From Gnetum montanum (Eukaryota > Plantae > Gnetophyta): a DNA stretch of 64,000 bases. Every line of letters begins with the position of its first letter. Position 1 is the first letter of the stretch. The translations under genes were made by a program, and so were the position numbers. Below, one piece after another: positions 52,068 through 64,000 of this stretch. Location: contig MNCI01000774.1 in assembly GCA_015680685.1 (NCBI GenBank), positions 409,528 to 473,527 on the forward strand. Reading direction: 5' to 3'. Under the pieces are notes generated by a model. That model saw only the letters and a list, made by a program, of their open reading frames with translations. It had not been told where the DNA came from and made no database searches.

Positions 52068-55000
52068 TCATGACTACCCCGCCTACACACCTCCTCCTCC
52101 CCTTTCAACATTCTTATTAAAAAATGCTTAAGAGTCATGTTATTGGTTCAAATCAAGTGGATAACACTAACTTATAAGTTTCATGAAAGTTTAGTGTTGC
52201 CTTGAGGATATATATAGTCATCTAGTTTTGTTCTATAAATATTGGTTGTACATATGTTTTAATTATTTTGGGCTCCAACACCCACCCATCCAAATCTAGT
52301 TTTTCACTCTAGCAACACCTTGACAAGTATACTAAGAGCTATATGGTTTGTCGTTTGCAAGTCATAGGTTTGATTCATAATGTTTACTAAAAGTACCATG
52401 GAAGTTCGTGTTGGCTATACGTCATAGGGGTACAAATAGCCATCTAATTTTGATTCTTGTTTTGAAAGCTCCAAGTCATGGGTTTGATTGTGGTGGGCAA
52501 TGCTAAGTTCTAACTAGACTATATATCTTGTAGTATACCCATATTACAATTATTTCAGGTTCCAACACTATAATAATTTCACCCTTGAAAAACACCAATC
52601 AACATCACCCAAAAGTCCTAATAGTAGCAACAAGCAATGGTGGACTTGAAGTGAGCTACACCTCATAACTTTGTGTACCTATTTTACAACATAGAGTACA
52701 CAACTTGTTAGCTAATGCTTAGAGGTGCTGGAGTTGCTATAAGCATTAATTATGCAACCAAACTAATAAAGCAAGTGTACACACACAAAACAAGCACACA
52801 ACACATCGTTCTTCTAGAAAAGCTAAGATCCATTCTTAAGCTAACAAATCTAGCTCTAAGCCCCCCTCCAAAGAGAGGATAGTGGCTTGAGCATTGAAGC
52901 CAAAGTTTCCTTGCAAGCCTACATATCCTTGTGATGAGGGTTACAAAGGAATCAAGACCCATGTAGCTTTAAAGTGATGGTTAAAATAGTATGAAACCCA
53001 AAAGGATCTTTGCACTCCTTTGGCCCTCATTCTAGAGGGAAATAACCTTTGATCCACTAATAAGACATATTTTCTTACAAACACCCCCATCTATTTTTGA
53101 TTTTGACATCTTTGACTAGATTTGATTTTGATGGGTATGCTAATTAGATAGAACATTTCTATTCCAATAATTTTAATGGGCATGTTGATTAGACACATCA
53201 TTATTGTTTCAATGCCAATGCTCTTCCCTATCTTCCTTGAGCTAATCCTAAATAAAAAAAATTGATACTGATACTGATATTTTATTATATTTGTGTAGAC
53301 CTACCATACAAATGAACTTGTACAAAATATATAAGTAGCAATAAATCTTGAATACAATAAATGTGTGTAATATTCATGTAACTTGAACATGTCTTCTATA
53401 TAAATTCATATAACTAACGCTAGTAGGCTAAGTAGCTCAATACAAAGACTAACTAAAGATTTGCCATTTTCTTTAGAAGAACTTTATTTTGCAACATTCT
53501 AATAATACATGTTACTTATCTTCTACCACTTGTAGTAAATACATTTGACAGTTTTCTATCTCCATGCTACTCATTGTTCAATCTTCTAGTTTTAACTTAG
53601 AGATGAGGTGATCCCATTCTTACGTTACTAATTAGTGCTCTGATGGATATGGGAATTTTTGCATATAAATATTCTATTTCATATTGTTTGCTACCTTCAA
53701 TATTTTTCTAATAAAATTGAATCATTTTTTGTATTGTGCCTCATTTTGCTATCTCTCTAAAACTTTCTTTGTAACAAGTTTCTAAGGTGTGATATATAAT
53801 ACTTTCACTTATAATTGTGCTAAGAGCCAATAAGAGGTGACTTGGTTATCTCTTTTTTTCTTTTTTCCTTTTGGTTGGGGAAGGGGGAAGGTGTGGGTGG
53901 TGGGGGATGGGGAGGGGGTGGCAGGAGGCCCAAATATATATATATAATAAAAATATGGAGTGCAAAAGCAAAGGAGTACCATAAAAAGGAGAAACTCCAA
54001 ATTAATAAAAAGAAAAGTCCCAACTATTTTGGGGATGTCCTTTTAGATTTTCATCCTTACAACTAATCCTATAAAAACTTTCCTCTTGGGAGGGAATTCT
54101 TTGTTCCATGAAATATTAACATTGGGTGAAGGGAAAGAGGAAGCTTTGTCGTGTCAATAGAATCAACATTATCAAAAGATATTATCTCCCTATCTTAACC
54201 AATAGCTACAAATGAATTATTAGTAGTTAAACTATCTTGTACATGCTGTTCATTATGAAGATTTGTCATGTAATTGCTAATAAAAAGGCTTACTTGATGT
54301 TTTTTATTATGAAGAACTAGTTGAAAACCATTTGAATTAATAATAGGGTTCTGTGAAACCTTAGAAACATATAGTTATTTTCCCTTAGTCATTGAAGAAT
54401 TTTTTGAAACTAATTTCATCGGAACCTTCCTTGAAGATACATTCTATTGAATAATAGTAAAAGAAAGGCGTAAGTTAATTATTAAAATGTCAACAAAAGA
54501 AATCATCCTAGGATTTGCAACATCTATTTAAAATTCCTTAGTAGGATTTATAACATTTGCAGAAGAAATCTTTGTAGCATTTACAATAGCTTGTTGTTGA
54601 CATGCTTGCATTGCTTTTTTCGTAGCATAAAATGACATGAATTAAACATGTGACACTCTCGATGATAACAGTGACATAACTTTGGAAGATTATAATAAAT
54701 AACCTTTTGCATATAATTAATTCCACAAGCACATAGAAGAATTTTGTGCTTAAGCGAATCAAAATCTACCTAAATTATATGCCAAATTCTATGAAAACCA
54801 TTAGTTGCATATGGGTTTTAGAATTCTTGATTGGCCTAATACGAGAGACAATATTTCTTTCAACTTTTTCCAAAATTAATGGAAGATTTGACAATTCAAC
54901 AAAACAATGAACCTTTCACAATTCAAGAAATGCTAGATTAAAAAATGAAGTCCAATTTCAAATAATTAATAAAACATGATAATGATTGAAAACACTCATA

Positions 55001-56159
55001 TCAAGGGCCTTAGAAACCATTGTTGAAGCAACCAATTCTACTAGCAGAAATAAGTTTGACAAATAATGAGCACAGATATCATCCAAACCTCAATCTTTCC
55101 AAACCAAATTTAAATGATTCAAAAAACTTGAGGAACGAGGTAAATAACTTAGGATTTGCACGAAAACATACATTCCAGAAATTTCTTGAGTAATAGATTC
55201 ATATAAATCATCAAACAATTCATAGAATGACAAAGAAGTGGTGGCTACACTCTATTGAATTTGGTAGCATTGCACATAATATCAATGCCAAACTTCTTGT
55301 TGCCTCATATCAACACTAAAACCCTCATCATTGAAACCCTTGTCACTTTATCTGTTTTTTTTTTTGACAAGTATGATACCTTCATGTTCAACTTGAGTTG
55401 TAACAAACTGCCTCATTGACTATGTCTTGGAGGTATATAAAGTTTTATAGTTTTGGGTTTCAATGTTTTCTTTCTCACAATACTAAGTTTTGTTGGTCAT
55501 ATTAGGTGGGGGTGTTGGAACTAAAATCTTTTATACTCAAATTTTATAACTTAACCTTGCCTGCCAAAATTGAACCCATAATTTTGAGCTGCTAAATCAA
55601 GAATCTTACCACCAATCTAACACCCCATCATTTATAATATAATTAAAAGAAAAAAACCCAAATAATAAGAGGAAAAACAACTATATGAAAAATAAAAGGA
55701 AAAACCAAATAAACAGATAAAAAAAACCTTGAACTATAAAAACCAAATTGTTTCAATAAACCATAGAGCATTGCATCGAGGCAATTGCCCTGCATTCAAC
55801 CTCTGTGGGAGGGTCACAAAGCAAGGCAATCTATCGTCACCGACCTCAACTTTTGTCGCAAAATTTCAGATTCCAGGGAATAGCTTTGAAGGTACTTGTT
55901 CCGCTGCTTCTTCACCCTCTACTTCGTGTTTATGATTTTGCAGTGTTCCGTATTTCCAGACAATTTATGTGTTTTCTTCATTTGTTTCGGATTCTACGAG
56001 ATTTTCTGTTCCATCTAAATTGCGAATTCGTATGTATAGTTCCATACGATGTCAGGGTGTTATTTTACTGAATCAAAATTTAATTTCATTGATAGTTTGA
56101 AAACGTCATTTGGTGATGCTTTATTTTGGGGTTTAGCAGGGTTTTAGGGTTCACCGAAA

Positions 56160-56336
56160 ATGGGAAAGGCCAAAGGTGGATCGGTCATGATTAAGCTTCT
56201 CTCGACAGCAGGTACTGGATTTTTTTACGTCAGACGCAAAAATCCCCGAAGAATCACTGAAAAGCTGGAATTTCGCAAGTACGATCCCAGGGTTAATAAG
56301 CATGTTCTATTTACAGAGGCTAAGATGAAAAAATGA
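56160..56336 (+). CDS. RPL33: Ribosomal protein L33 (bL33, mitochondrial type), 58 aa
   Basis: [58 protein letters not shown], too short for the ORF track. Probable 5'UTR intron ~55892-56139 and telo-box-like TTAGGGTT at ~56144. Confidence 0.95.
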   Translation: MGKAKGGSVMIKLLSTAGTGFFYVRRKNPRRITEKLEFRKYDPRVNKHVLFTEAKMKK

Positions 56337-59300
56337 AAAAATGTTCCCTCCCAGGTTGCTTTTTTCTTAAATATTTATTTCAAGATCTTCCATGTGTGAA
56401 TGTTCTGTAACAGAATGTGAGATTTTTACTACGATCTGAGAATAAACATGAACACCATACTTTGGAGGATAGAATGTATCATCCAAGCTGATGTTGTTAA
56501 CTTGTTTCATGTCAAGAATTGATAGCAACTCGGGATTGTTTTCCTTTGTGATTAAGTTTTAACAAGTATTGTTTTATTAGTTTGTCTGGCATTAGAAATT
56601 CGGTCTTTAGTTATCTGGATTTCTACAAGTTTGTGGTAGCAGTGAGCTCTATCTGATTTTTATCTTTAATTAATCTTTGGAAAGCAGGCAGTTGTTATTT
56701 TACTTGCAGAATATTTCATTACTGCCATTGCAGCCAATGTTTTCCATTTGATTAAAAGAAAAAAATGGGATATACGTATGACTGCTTTTTAAACTTGACC
56801 TTTGGATAGCTTCAAGAAACTTCAACCATGGCATGTTTGAATCATTTTTTTGGATGTGATCAGAATGTGCTGTTTTCTTGTTCAAAATATTTACGTTGTT
56901 ACCAGAAAGTGGCTGTATTGGGTGTATTTATCCACAGTTATGTTGCATAATCTTTCAAAAATGTTTTGCAAAAAACGGTTCAAAGAAATTGTACTTCTGC
57001 AGAAGGAGAGGGAGAGCTCACCATCTTTAGAGATAAACACTAGATATTTTTATAAGGGGCACAGAGACTGTTATGCACAAGAAAGATGACTTATTCAGTT
57101 AAATATACCTTTTTCTTTTTCTTATTAACTGAAATGCTATCTTGGCGCATGATTTGGGCTTAAACATTAATTGGATGGATTGGCAGAGAAGAAAAATAAG
57201 TTAGGCATTCATACAAGGAAGATCTGTGCATCTGACAGATTGTGCTTAGTTACTCTTGTATTTCCAAGTTTCTGGGCACATTACAAGACAGTTAAATTAT
57301 TTATGTAAAAGAAACATGGAATATTTATTGAGCAATCAAACTATCTAAATTGACAACATTGAGAATGTAAATATGGCAATAGAAAGTGTTTTGGTAAATG
57401 CGATGAACCCTCGTTCTTCTGAAATATTTTATGTGCATTTATTGTTTCTGTTGCTAACCTGATGAGAATAGAAGCTGGAAGATGGTCTTGAATAAATGCT
57501 ATGCCAAACAGATGTCCTGATAAGTAGTTTCGTAGGAGTAACTTACCATGTAAATTTGTAGGAATTTACATGGATCATATGAGGAAGAATCCTAAAGATT
57601 CAATCATATGCTTCACTTGGCCTGTCAAGAAGGAAGTCCTTTGGTAGTTTTTAAACCGATTTGGTCAAATTTCCCAAAGTTATTATGATTTTCAGATTAC
57701 AATTCTGGTCAAATACTCAACTGGAATAGCATATACAATTAAAATATGTATTATTTTCCATTCTAATTTTTAAATGTTTCTGTTTATCTAGGTTTGTTTC
57801 TTTTCAACCAAATTAATGTTCCCTATGGGCCAAATAAAGTGCCTAAGGTCTTGCCATAAGTCTAAGCATGTGCATCATATGATTGGGGTCGATCACCTTT
57901 AATCTCTGAAGTGTCTTTATCCCATTTACCATTGTTTTCATCCTCTTGGTGCCTTTATCCCGATCGGAAATAACTGAATGATGAATTTTCTCTGGTTAGT
58001 TACTAGGCAAGTAACGGACTTTTTAAATAAAAGCATAACCTGATCGGTATACTTGTTCCAAGTAGAAACATCTACACAAGACTTTCATTACTGTCATATC
58101 AAAGTGCATAATCATAAAATAGTATTATGTATATGAAATGATAGTGTTTAATAAAAACTGTACAACGAAAAAATTCTATAAGAAAGTCCTTGCAATTACC
58201 AACAAAAGAGTACTATTACGTAATAAAACTACTACAGGAAGGATTTACAACTTTGTAATTCCAAACCATGTTAATTCTCAAGCTTCATCAAGGATTCTGA
58301 ATTTTGAAAGAAAGAGACAATGAAAGAGTTAGTAAAATGTAATTAAGTAAGAAAAATATGTAAACACTTTCTACTTGACGTATGTATAGTTTCATAGAGA
58401 TGGAAGTCCTTAATGGTAGGTAACATGTTAAATAAACATGTTAATCAAGCAACATTATTGTGACCAATTTCCAAACACTATAAACAACGAAAAAAGTGCA
58501 ATGATTACTAGCAAGCTTTGATAGAGCAATGTTTATTGTATCAAAAGTTGCCTTGCCTATGATCTTTTGAAGTGTTGCAAGGGACAATATATGTCTTTCT
58601 AACTTGTCTATGTAAGAAGTAGTCTCATGTGTGAAGTGTTGCAAGCAATAATATGTACATCTTTCTAACTTGTCTACATAAGAAGTAAATTAACCTACAA
58701 CCTTTTGAAGTGTTAGAAGTATCCTTTCCTACATCCTTCTAGCTTGGTGACATTAGAAGCAACTTCGCCTATGAGATACATTAGAAGAATTATCAAGAAA
58801 TATAATGATGCCTCCTCAATTGTCATTTGAATTAGCAACCTCTTGCCTAACAAAACAATGAGCTAACAACTTAAGTCACCTATCATTAGCTAAAAAGAAA
58901 AGGTAATATTCACATCCATATAAAAAGAAATATATGTAATAAACACAATTAGATCAAAGTTCACAAGATCAAATCTAAGAATATAAGCACAATTAGTGAG
59001 ACATTGCTTGGTTGGTTAAAGTATGCAACTTATGGTTTGCAAATTGCAATTATAAGGAAATAAAATCATAGCAAAATATCTTATAAAGAAACTACACCAT
59101 AATAGAAGTGTTATCTTTATCAAAAGGCAAAAGAGGGTAAATTCCCAGGTGTTCATCTAATCTCTATTTCTTTTAAATTAAAAAGAAAACTTTACAAAAA
59201 TATACTAATAAGAATATGCCATGTATTTGAGCCTAAATGATGAATGATAACATAAACTAAAAGTGCTTGCTAAAAAAAGCTTTTGTTAAATTAGCAAACA

Positions 59301-60337
59301 AGATCAATCAAATGGTAAAAGGGATTAGCTTAGTTTTTAGTGAAAAGACCTTTATATTTTAAATATATATGTTAAGTAGGTCTCAATAAAAAATTTTGGA
59401 AAGCTTTTAAGATTCAACTTGAGAGATATAAGAAAAGACTCTTAAACAATATTGTTAAAATCCTTTGCTTTCTAAGTTTTTAGTTTTGAAATATTAAACT
59501 TATTAAAAATCAATATATACTTTTCCAAAATGTATTGAAATATGTTACAGAAAAAAAATTATTAATAGCTAAATGTGTAGTGAAAGACATTGAAGATTAA
59601 AAAAGAAAGGGTAAAGAAATAGTCACCCGTGTAATGATGGTTTCCATCTCTATCACTCCTAATTAATTACAAGAATATCATTAAATTATCCAAAATATTT
59701 CTAAACAAAAACATTGAAACAGCAATGTCATTTGAGGAATTGGAAACCAAAACGATCCCGTCAAACAATGGAGTGTAAGATGCCTTCCAGTATCAGGGTC
59801 AGTTTTACAAGGGTCAAAAAAGCGGAGAATTTAATATGCTTCTGCCGGAGCAAAATAAAAATGGAATTGCAATCATGAAATTAGCGAAAACAGGAAACAA
59901 AACAATAAATTTATCATAGTATTCAGAAACATTTTAACCAAGGAATATGTTAATATGCATTGTAGCCTTGTCTCAATAAAATTGGTTGTTCGAAATAAAA
60001 CCCTTGTATGCTCACCTTTTTTACGGATTATTTCAATAGTTTTCATATTTTTTAAAGTTTTCTTTTAGTAACTGTTTCAATATATTTTTTTCACATCACT
60101 GAACCATCTCTTTCTTTTCAGTGGCTTCTTATAATTTCTGTAACATGCCCTTCATCTGATCTTGATATTCTTTGCATATTCCCAAACCAACTATAATCAT
60201 GCAGGTAATATCTATGGGAGCAAATTATTTTTGTTTTGACATCAGTGATTACGTAATTCAATTTAGACAACTGCTGTTTTTATTTTCTTCTCGGCCATTA
60301 AGGCCGCTGGAATGTAATTGCCCTCCGTGAAATAACC

Positions 60338-63300
60338 CTATGTTGCCAGAAACGCAACGGATTCATAATGTTTCGCGTTTTTTGTTGTGGAAACGGGATC
60401 CCGTTTCAAAACGCCGTTTTTCATGAATAGTAACCGTCACTTGGTGGGCGAAACGTTTCGACTGAAACGTTTTTGACAGGTTTCATTCCTTTGATTTTAT
60501 TTTTTGATTTTATTCTCAACAACTGCATCTGTCATGAACGAACTAAATGCAGGTCAGGTCAACAATTGCATTTGTTATGAACTAAATGCACAAACTAAAT
60601 GCAGGTCAGGTCAACAATTGCATCTGTCATGAACTAAATGCAGGTCCATCATGAGTTAAATGCAGATCTACAATGGCAAAGATGGAGGGAAAAAAAGTTA
60701 AGGTTTATTCTATGGTGAAGACGTCAATAAGTAACACATTTAGGTGTGAACGCTGCTAATCTTGCTATTGCTGCCGCTTTTGCATCGCTGCAATTGCTAC
60801 CACTTCTACATCGCTCTCCACGACCGTTGCTGCTACTTCTGCATCGCATAACTAGTCAACTCTGTGGTGAGTCTCTGCTTCTGCAACAAGCAGTCCTCCT
60901 CCCTCTTCAAAATGGGCTAAACCGTGGATTCATAGACCATTTTTGTACATTATCTCTTTATTGGTCTTTCTTCATTGAGATTTGTTTCTTTGAGGAGAGT
61001 TTCTTATTACAGTAAAGTTCAATTTGCAATTTATATTTTGTAAAATAGGGTCTCATTTTTAAAGTTCATCTCTTCGAAGTTAATATAGTAAGCTTGTCTC
61101 TGGCCTTTCCCTATTCCCATTTCAATGGGACACCAAATCCTTCTATTCATAGATTTAATCTTGGATCTTGCAGCACCAGAGTTCTGCACTATTTTCAGCT
61201 CATCTTTGAGGATTTTACCTGATTATTAGTCCCTGGTTGTTCATTTCTACTTGTATTCCTCTCTCTCAAGACAATAACGTTTTTACCATGTTTCATTTGA
61301 AATATACCAGTAACTACAAAAGGCAGGATCACATAATGATCCGCCTACGTTTGCCCCCCTCTACTAGGTCGATGCCCCCCTGGGTCTTCTTCGCTGTTAT
61401 TGCTCATCATGCCGGTGGGGTTGCACCTCTCTTCGGTTGTCCCAGGTGGGGGGTGCCCCCCCTCATCCCTAGGGGGGCATGCCCCCTCTTTGTTTCCTTG
61501 GGGGGTGCCCCCCCCCCCTCTCTGCCTCTTGGGGGGGCGCTCCCCCCCTTTGTTTTCTAGGGGGCACCCCCCCATTGTTTTTGTTCTGTTATGGGAGCTG
61601 TATTAATTAATTTTTTATTTTTTATTTTTTGATAGACAATGTTCTTTGATTATTTCTTATTTTTATTTTTTGGATGAAATTTTGTTATACATTGTCTATC
61701 AAAGAACATGATTGCAGCGATCATTTTTAAAATACATTTTTGTTTTATGGTTTGTTTTAATCTTCTTTGTAAATAATATTTTGAATTTTTATAACAGGCA
61801 TATAGGATCAATGTCATCTGAAGAAGATTTGCTTTCTGAAGAGCAAGAAAAACATGAAGAAAAATTAGAATATCAATTATTAAAAAAGGATTTTCAAANC
61901 TCTGAAGAGCAAGAAAAGCATGGAGAAAAATTAGAATATCAATTATTAAAAAAAGATTTTCAAANGCAACATAAATAGAAGTAGTTCTATTGCAAGTGTT
62001 AGATATCACTTGCTTGGAATTGAGAAGAAAGATAAAATTTTGGTGTAAAAAAAAAATACCAAAATCTGAAAAAGAAGATCTCATTAAGCAATTTAAGCAT
62101 TTTGATGCCATGTCCATTATCAAAAGTATAGATACACATACAAATGTTAGTAGTTCAATGTTAAATACTAATTTAGAAAAAATGTTTGATTTTTCAAATA
62201 AAAAAATGTGGATGCAGCTATAACAAGACTTTTCTATGCATGTGGCATGCCTTTTAACATTGCTAGGTCTCTTTATTTTAAACAAGCCATACAAATGATA
62301 AATTCTGCTTCAAAAAGGCATGTGCCACTTTGTTATGAAAAAATTAGAACAACACTTATAATTGAAGAAAAAGCTAGAGTTGAAGCAAATTTAAGAAGCA
62401 TAAAGGATAGTTGGTCTACTACAGGTGTTTCTATTTTATCAGATGGGTGGATAAATATTACCAACAAACCACTTATTAATATCCTTGCATCATTTCCAAA
62501 AGGTGTTATTTTTATCAAGTCACATGATACTTCAGGAAATGTTAAAAATGTTGCTTATCTAATGGGATTATTTCGTGAAGCTATAAATACAATAGGAAGA
62601 GATAATATTGTGCAAATTATCACAGATAGTGCTTCAAATAATGTTTTGGCAGAAGAGATAATAGAGGATGAATATTCAAATATCTTTTGGACTCCTTGTG
62701 CAACACATTCCTTAAAAGATATTTATGTTGGTGTTGACTGAATATCTGAAGTTGTAGCAAATGGTAAAAAAATTTAGCAATTTATCATTAATCATTCATT
62801 GTCACAAGCCATCAGAAAGTACTCTTCTTTACAGTTATTAAAATATGCAGAAACTAGGTTTGCCTCACAATTTATAATGATTGAACGTCTTTTTAAAGTG
62901 AAATAGTCTCTCAGGGAAATGACAATTTCAATAGAGTGGAAAAGGTGGAAAATTTCATCAAGTGTTAATTTAAGTTTATGTGAAGAAATTGTTGATCTTA
63001 TTGTTGGAGGTAGGGAAAAATTATTTTGGAAACAAGTTGAAGTTGCTTTAAAAGTTTTGTATCCCATCTATGAGGTTTTGAGGCTTTGCGATAGTAATTC
63101 TCCATCCATGGGAGAAATTTTTGAAAAAATGGATCAAACGAGAGAATCATTGTTTCAGATTTTACAGAATGATTCATTTTCTTTTGATCAGCATACAAAG
63201 GATTTAATATGGGAATGTAGTGAAAGGAGATGGAGGATGCTTCATTCTCCCCTTCATTTTATTGGGTTTCTTCTTAATCCAAAATGGTTTCATAAAAAGC

Positions 63301-64000
63301 CATGGATAGATGAGGAAGTTAACAAAGGTTGGAAAACTTATATTGATTGATGTTTTTCAAGTAGAGAAGATCGTGTAAAGATAAAGAAAAAATATGGTAT
63401 TTATATCAAATCAGAGGGAGATTTTGCACATCCTGATTGTGCATATGATTGTGAAGCATTAGACGCTTTTACATTTTGGAATCAATATGGAACTCAAACT
63501 CCATTACTGAAGGAGGTAGCAATTCGTGTTTTATCTCAAGTAAGTTTTCTTTTTTAAATTTTACTTGAAAGATATTTATGAATATTTTTTTGTGAACTAA
63601 ATATTTAATGACATTAATCTTTTTTTTCTTCATGTTTGCTGCCTCTTTTTAATTTTTGTTGTTTCCTTTATTTAAGCTAAAATAGCATATTTCTATCTTA
63701 TTTTTAATAAAGGTTTTTTCACTCTTATTGATTATGGAAGAAGATAATCAAAATCCTTATGCTTATGTAACAAAGATTTTTTAGCAGAATCTTCTTATTA
63801 AGTTNACTTCTCAAGATTACAAAATGGGTCCTCATTGAATGTGGGATTATGGAGGATCTATGGATGATGGAGATGCTGAATTTTCTATGGAAGTTCTAGA
63901 TTCTAATTATGAAATTATGTTTGATAATAAAAATAAAAAACATATGAAAAATAATAGTAACAATATGGTATAAACAATATTAAGTATGTTACAAGTTTAA
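60338..64000 (+). mobile_element. hAT-superfamily DNA transposon (decayed; right end outside the window)
   Basis: Candidate left end ctatgttgccagaaacg with GAAACG/CGTTTC subterminal repeats at 60349-60485 and aactaaatgcaggtc repeats at 60540-60665, upstream of a transposase. The exact boundary is uncertain. Confidence 0.6.
62200..63539 (+). pseudogene. hAT transposase (DUF659-type with C-terminal dimerisation region), with stops and frameshifts
   Basis: LFYACGMPFNIA, GVSILSDGW, NIVQIITDSA, FWTPCATHSL, LLKYAETRFAS, LHSPLHFIGFLLNP, FWNQYGTQTPLLKEVAIRVLSQ followed by a GTAAG donor. Confidence 0.9.

Noticed and set aside
53300-55350. Possibly decayed coding or transposase-like sequence (also 58300-59100)
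   Set aside because: No recognisable motif or sustained frame by eye; needs a translated search.
61816-61970. ~66-bp tandem duplication in the hAT element
   Set aside because: Both copies end in an N, so an assembly or scaffolding artefact is likely.
61650-62294. 214-aa minus-strand ORF
   Set aside because: Antisense shadow of the transposase region; low complexity and spans the N-containing duplication.

Overview
AT-rich land-plant nuclear DNA; the species cannot be determined from this window. Bases 1-30084 are a nest of Ty3/gypsy LTR retrotransposons. There are three truncated or decayed Athila-like elements, two solo LTRs with perfect target-site duplications (TSDs), and one structurally complete 17.7-kb Tat/Ogre-type element on the minus strand (7390-25085; TSD CTCAC, tRNA-Asn primer-binding site, gag-PR ... 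RT-RH-aRH-INT). The most unusual feature is that the Tat element's pol is split between protease and RT by ~5.7 kb. That interval holds an antisense, apparently spliced gene of about 8 exons, resembling an FCP1/NIF-type pseudophosphatase plus a plant-mobile-domain-like region plus a coiled coil. The element also carries dense arrays of the palindrome GCGTATACGC and a covarying hairpin-UAAACU repeat; the Athila-like LTRs carry the sister palindrome GCGATATCGC. Bases 31-57 kb hold three host genes: a 3-hydroxyisobutyryl-CoA hydrolase-like gene (+), a NUDT20/24-type Nudix hydrolase (-) and a mitochondrial-type ribosomal protein L33 (+). That stretch also has a foldback element and a tRNA-derived 281-bp tandem array. 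The window ends in a decayed hAT transposon. All domain calls are by eye from motif recognition; no database search was run.
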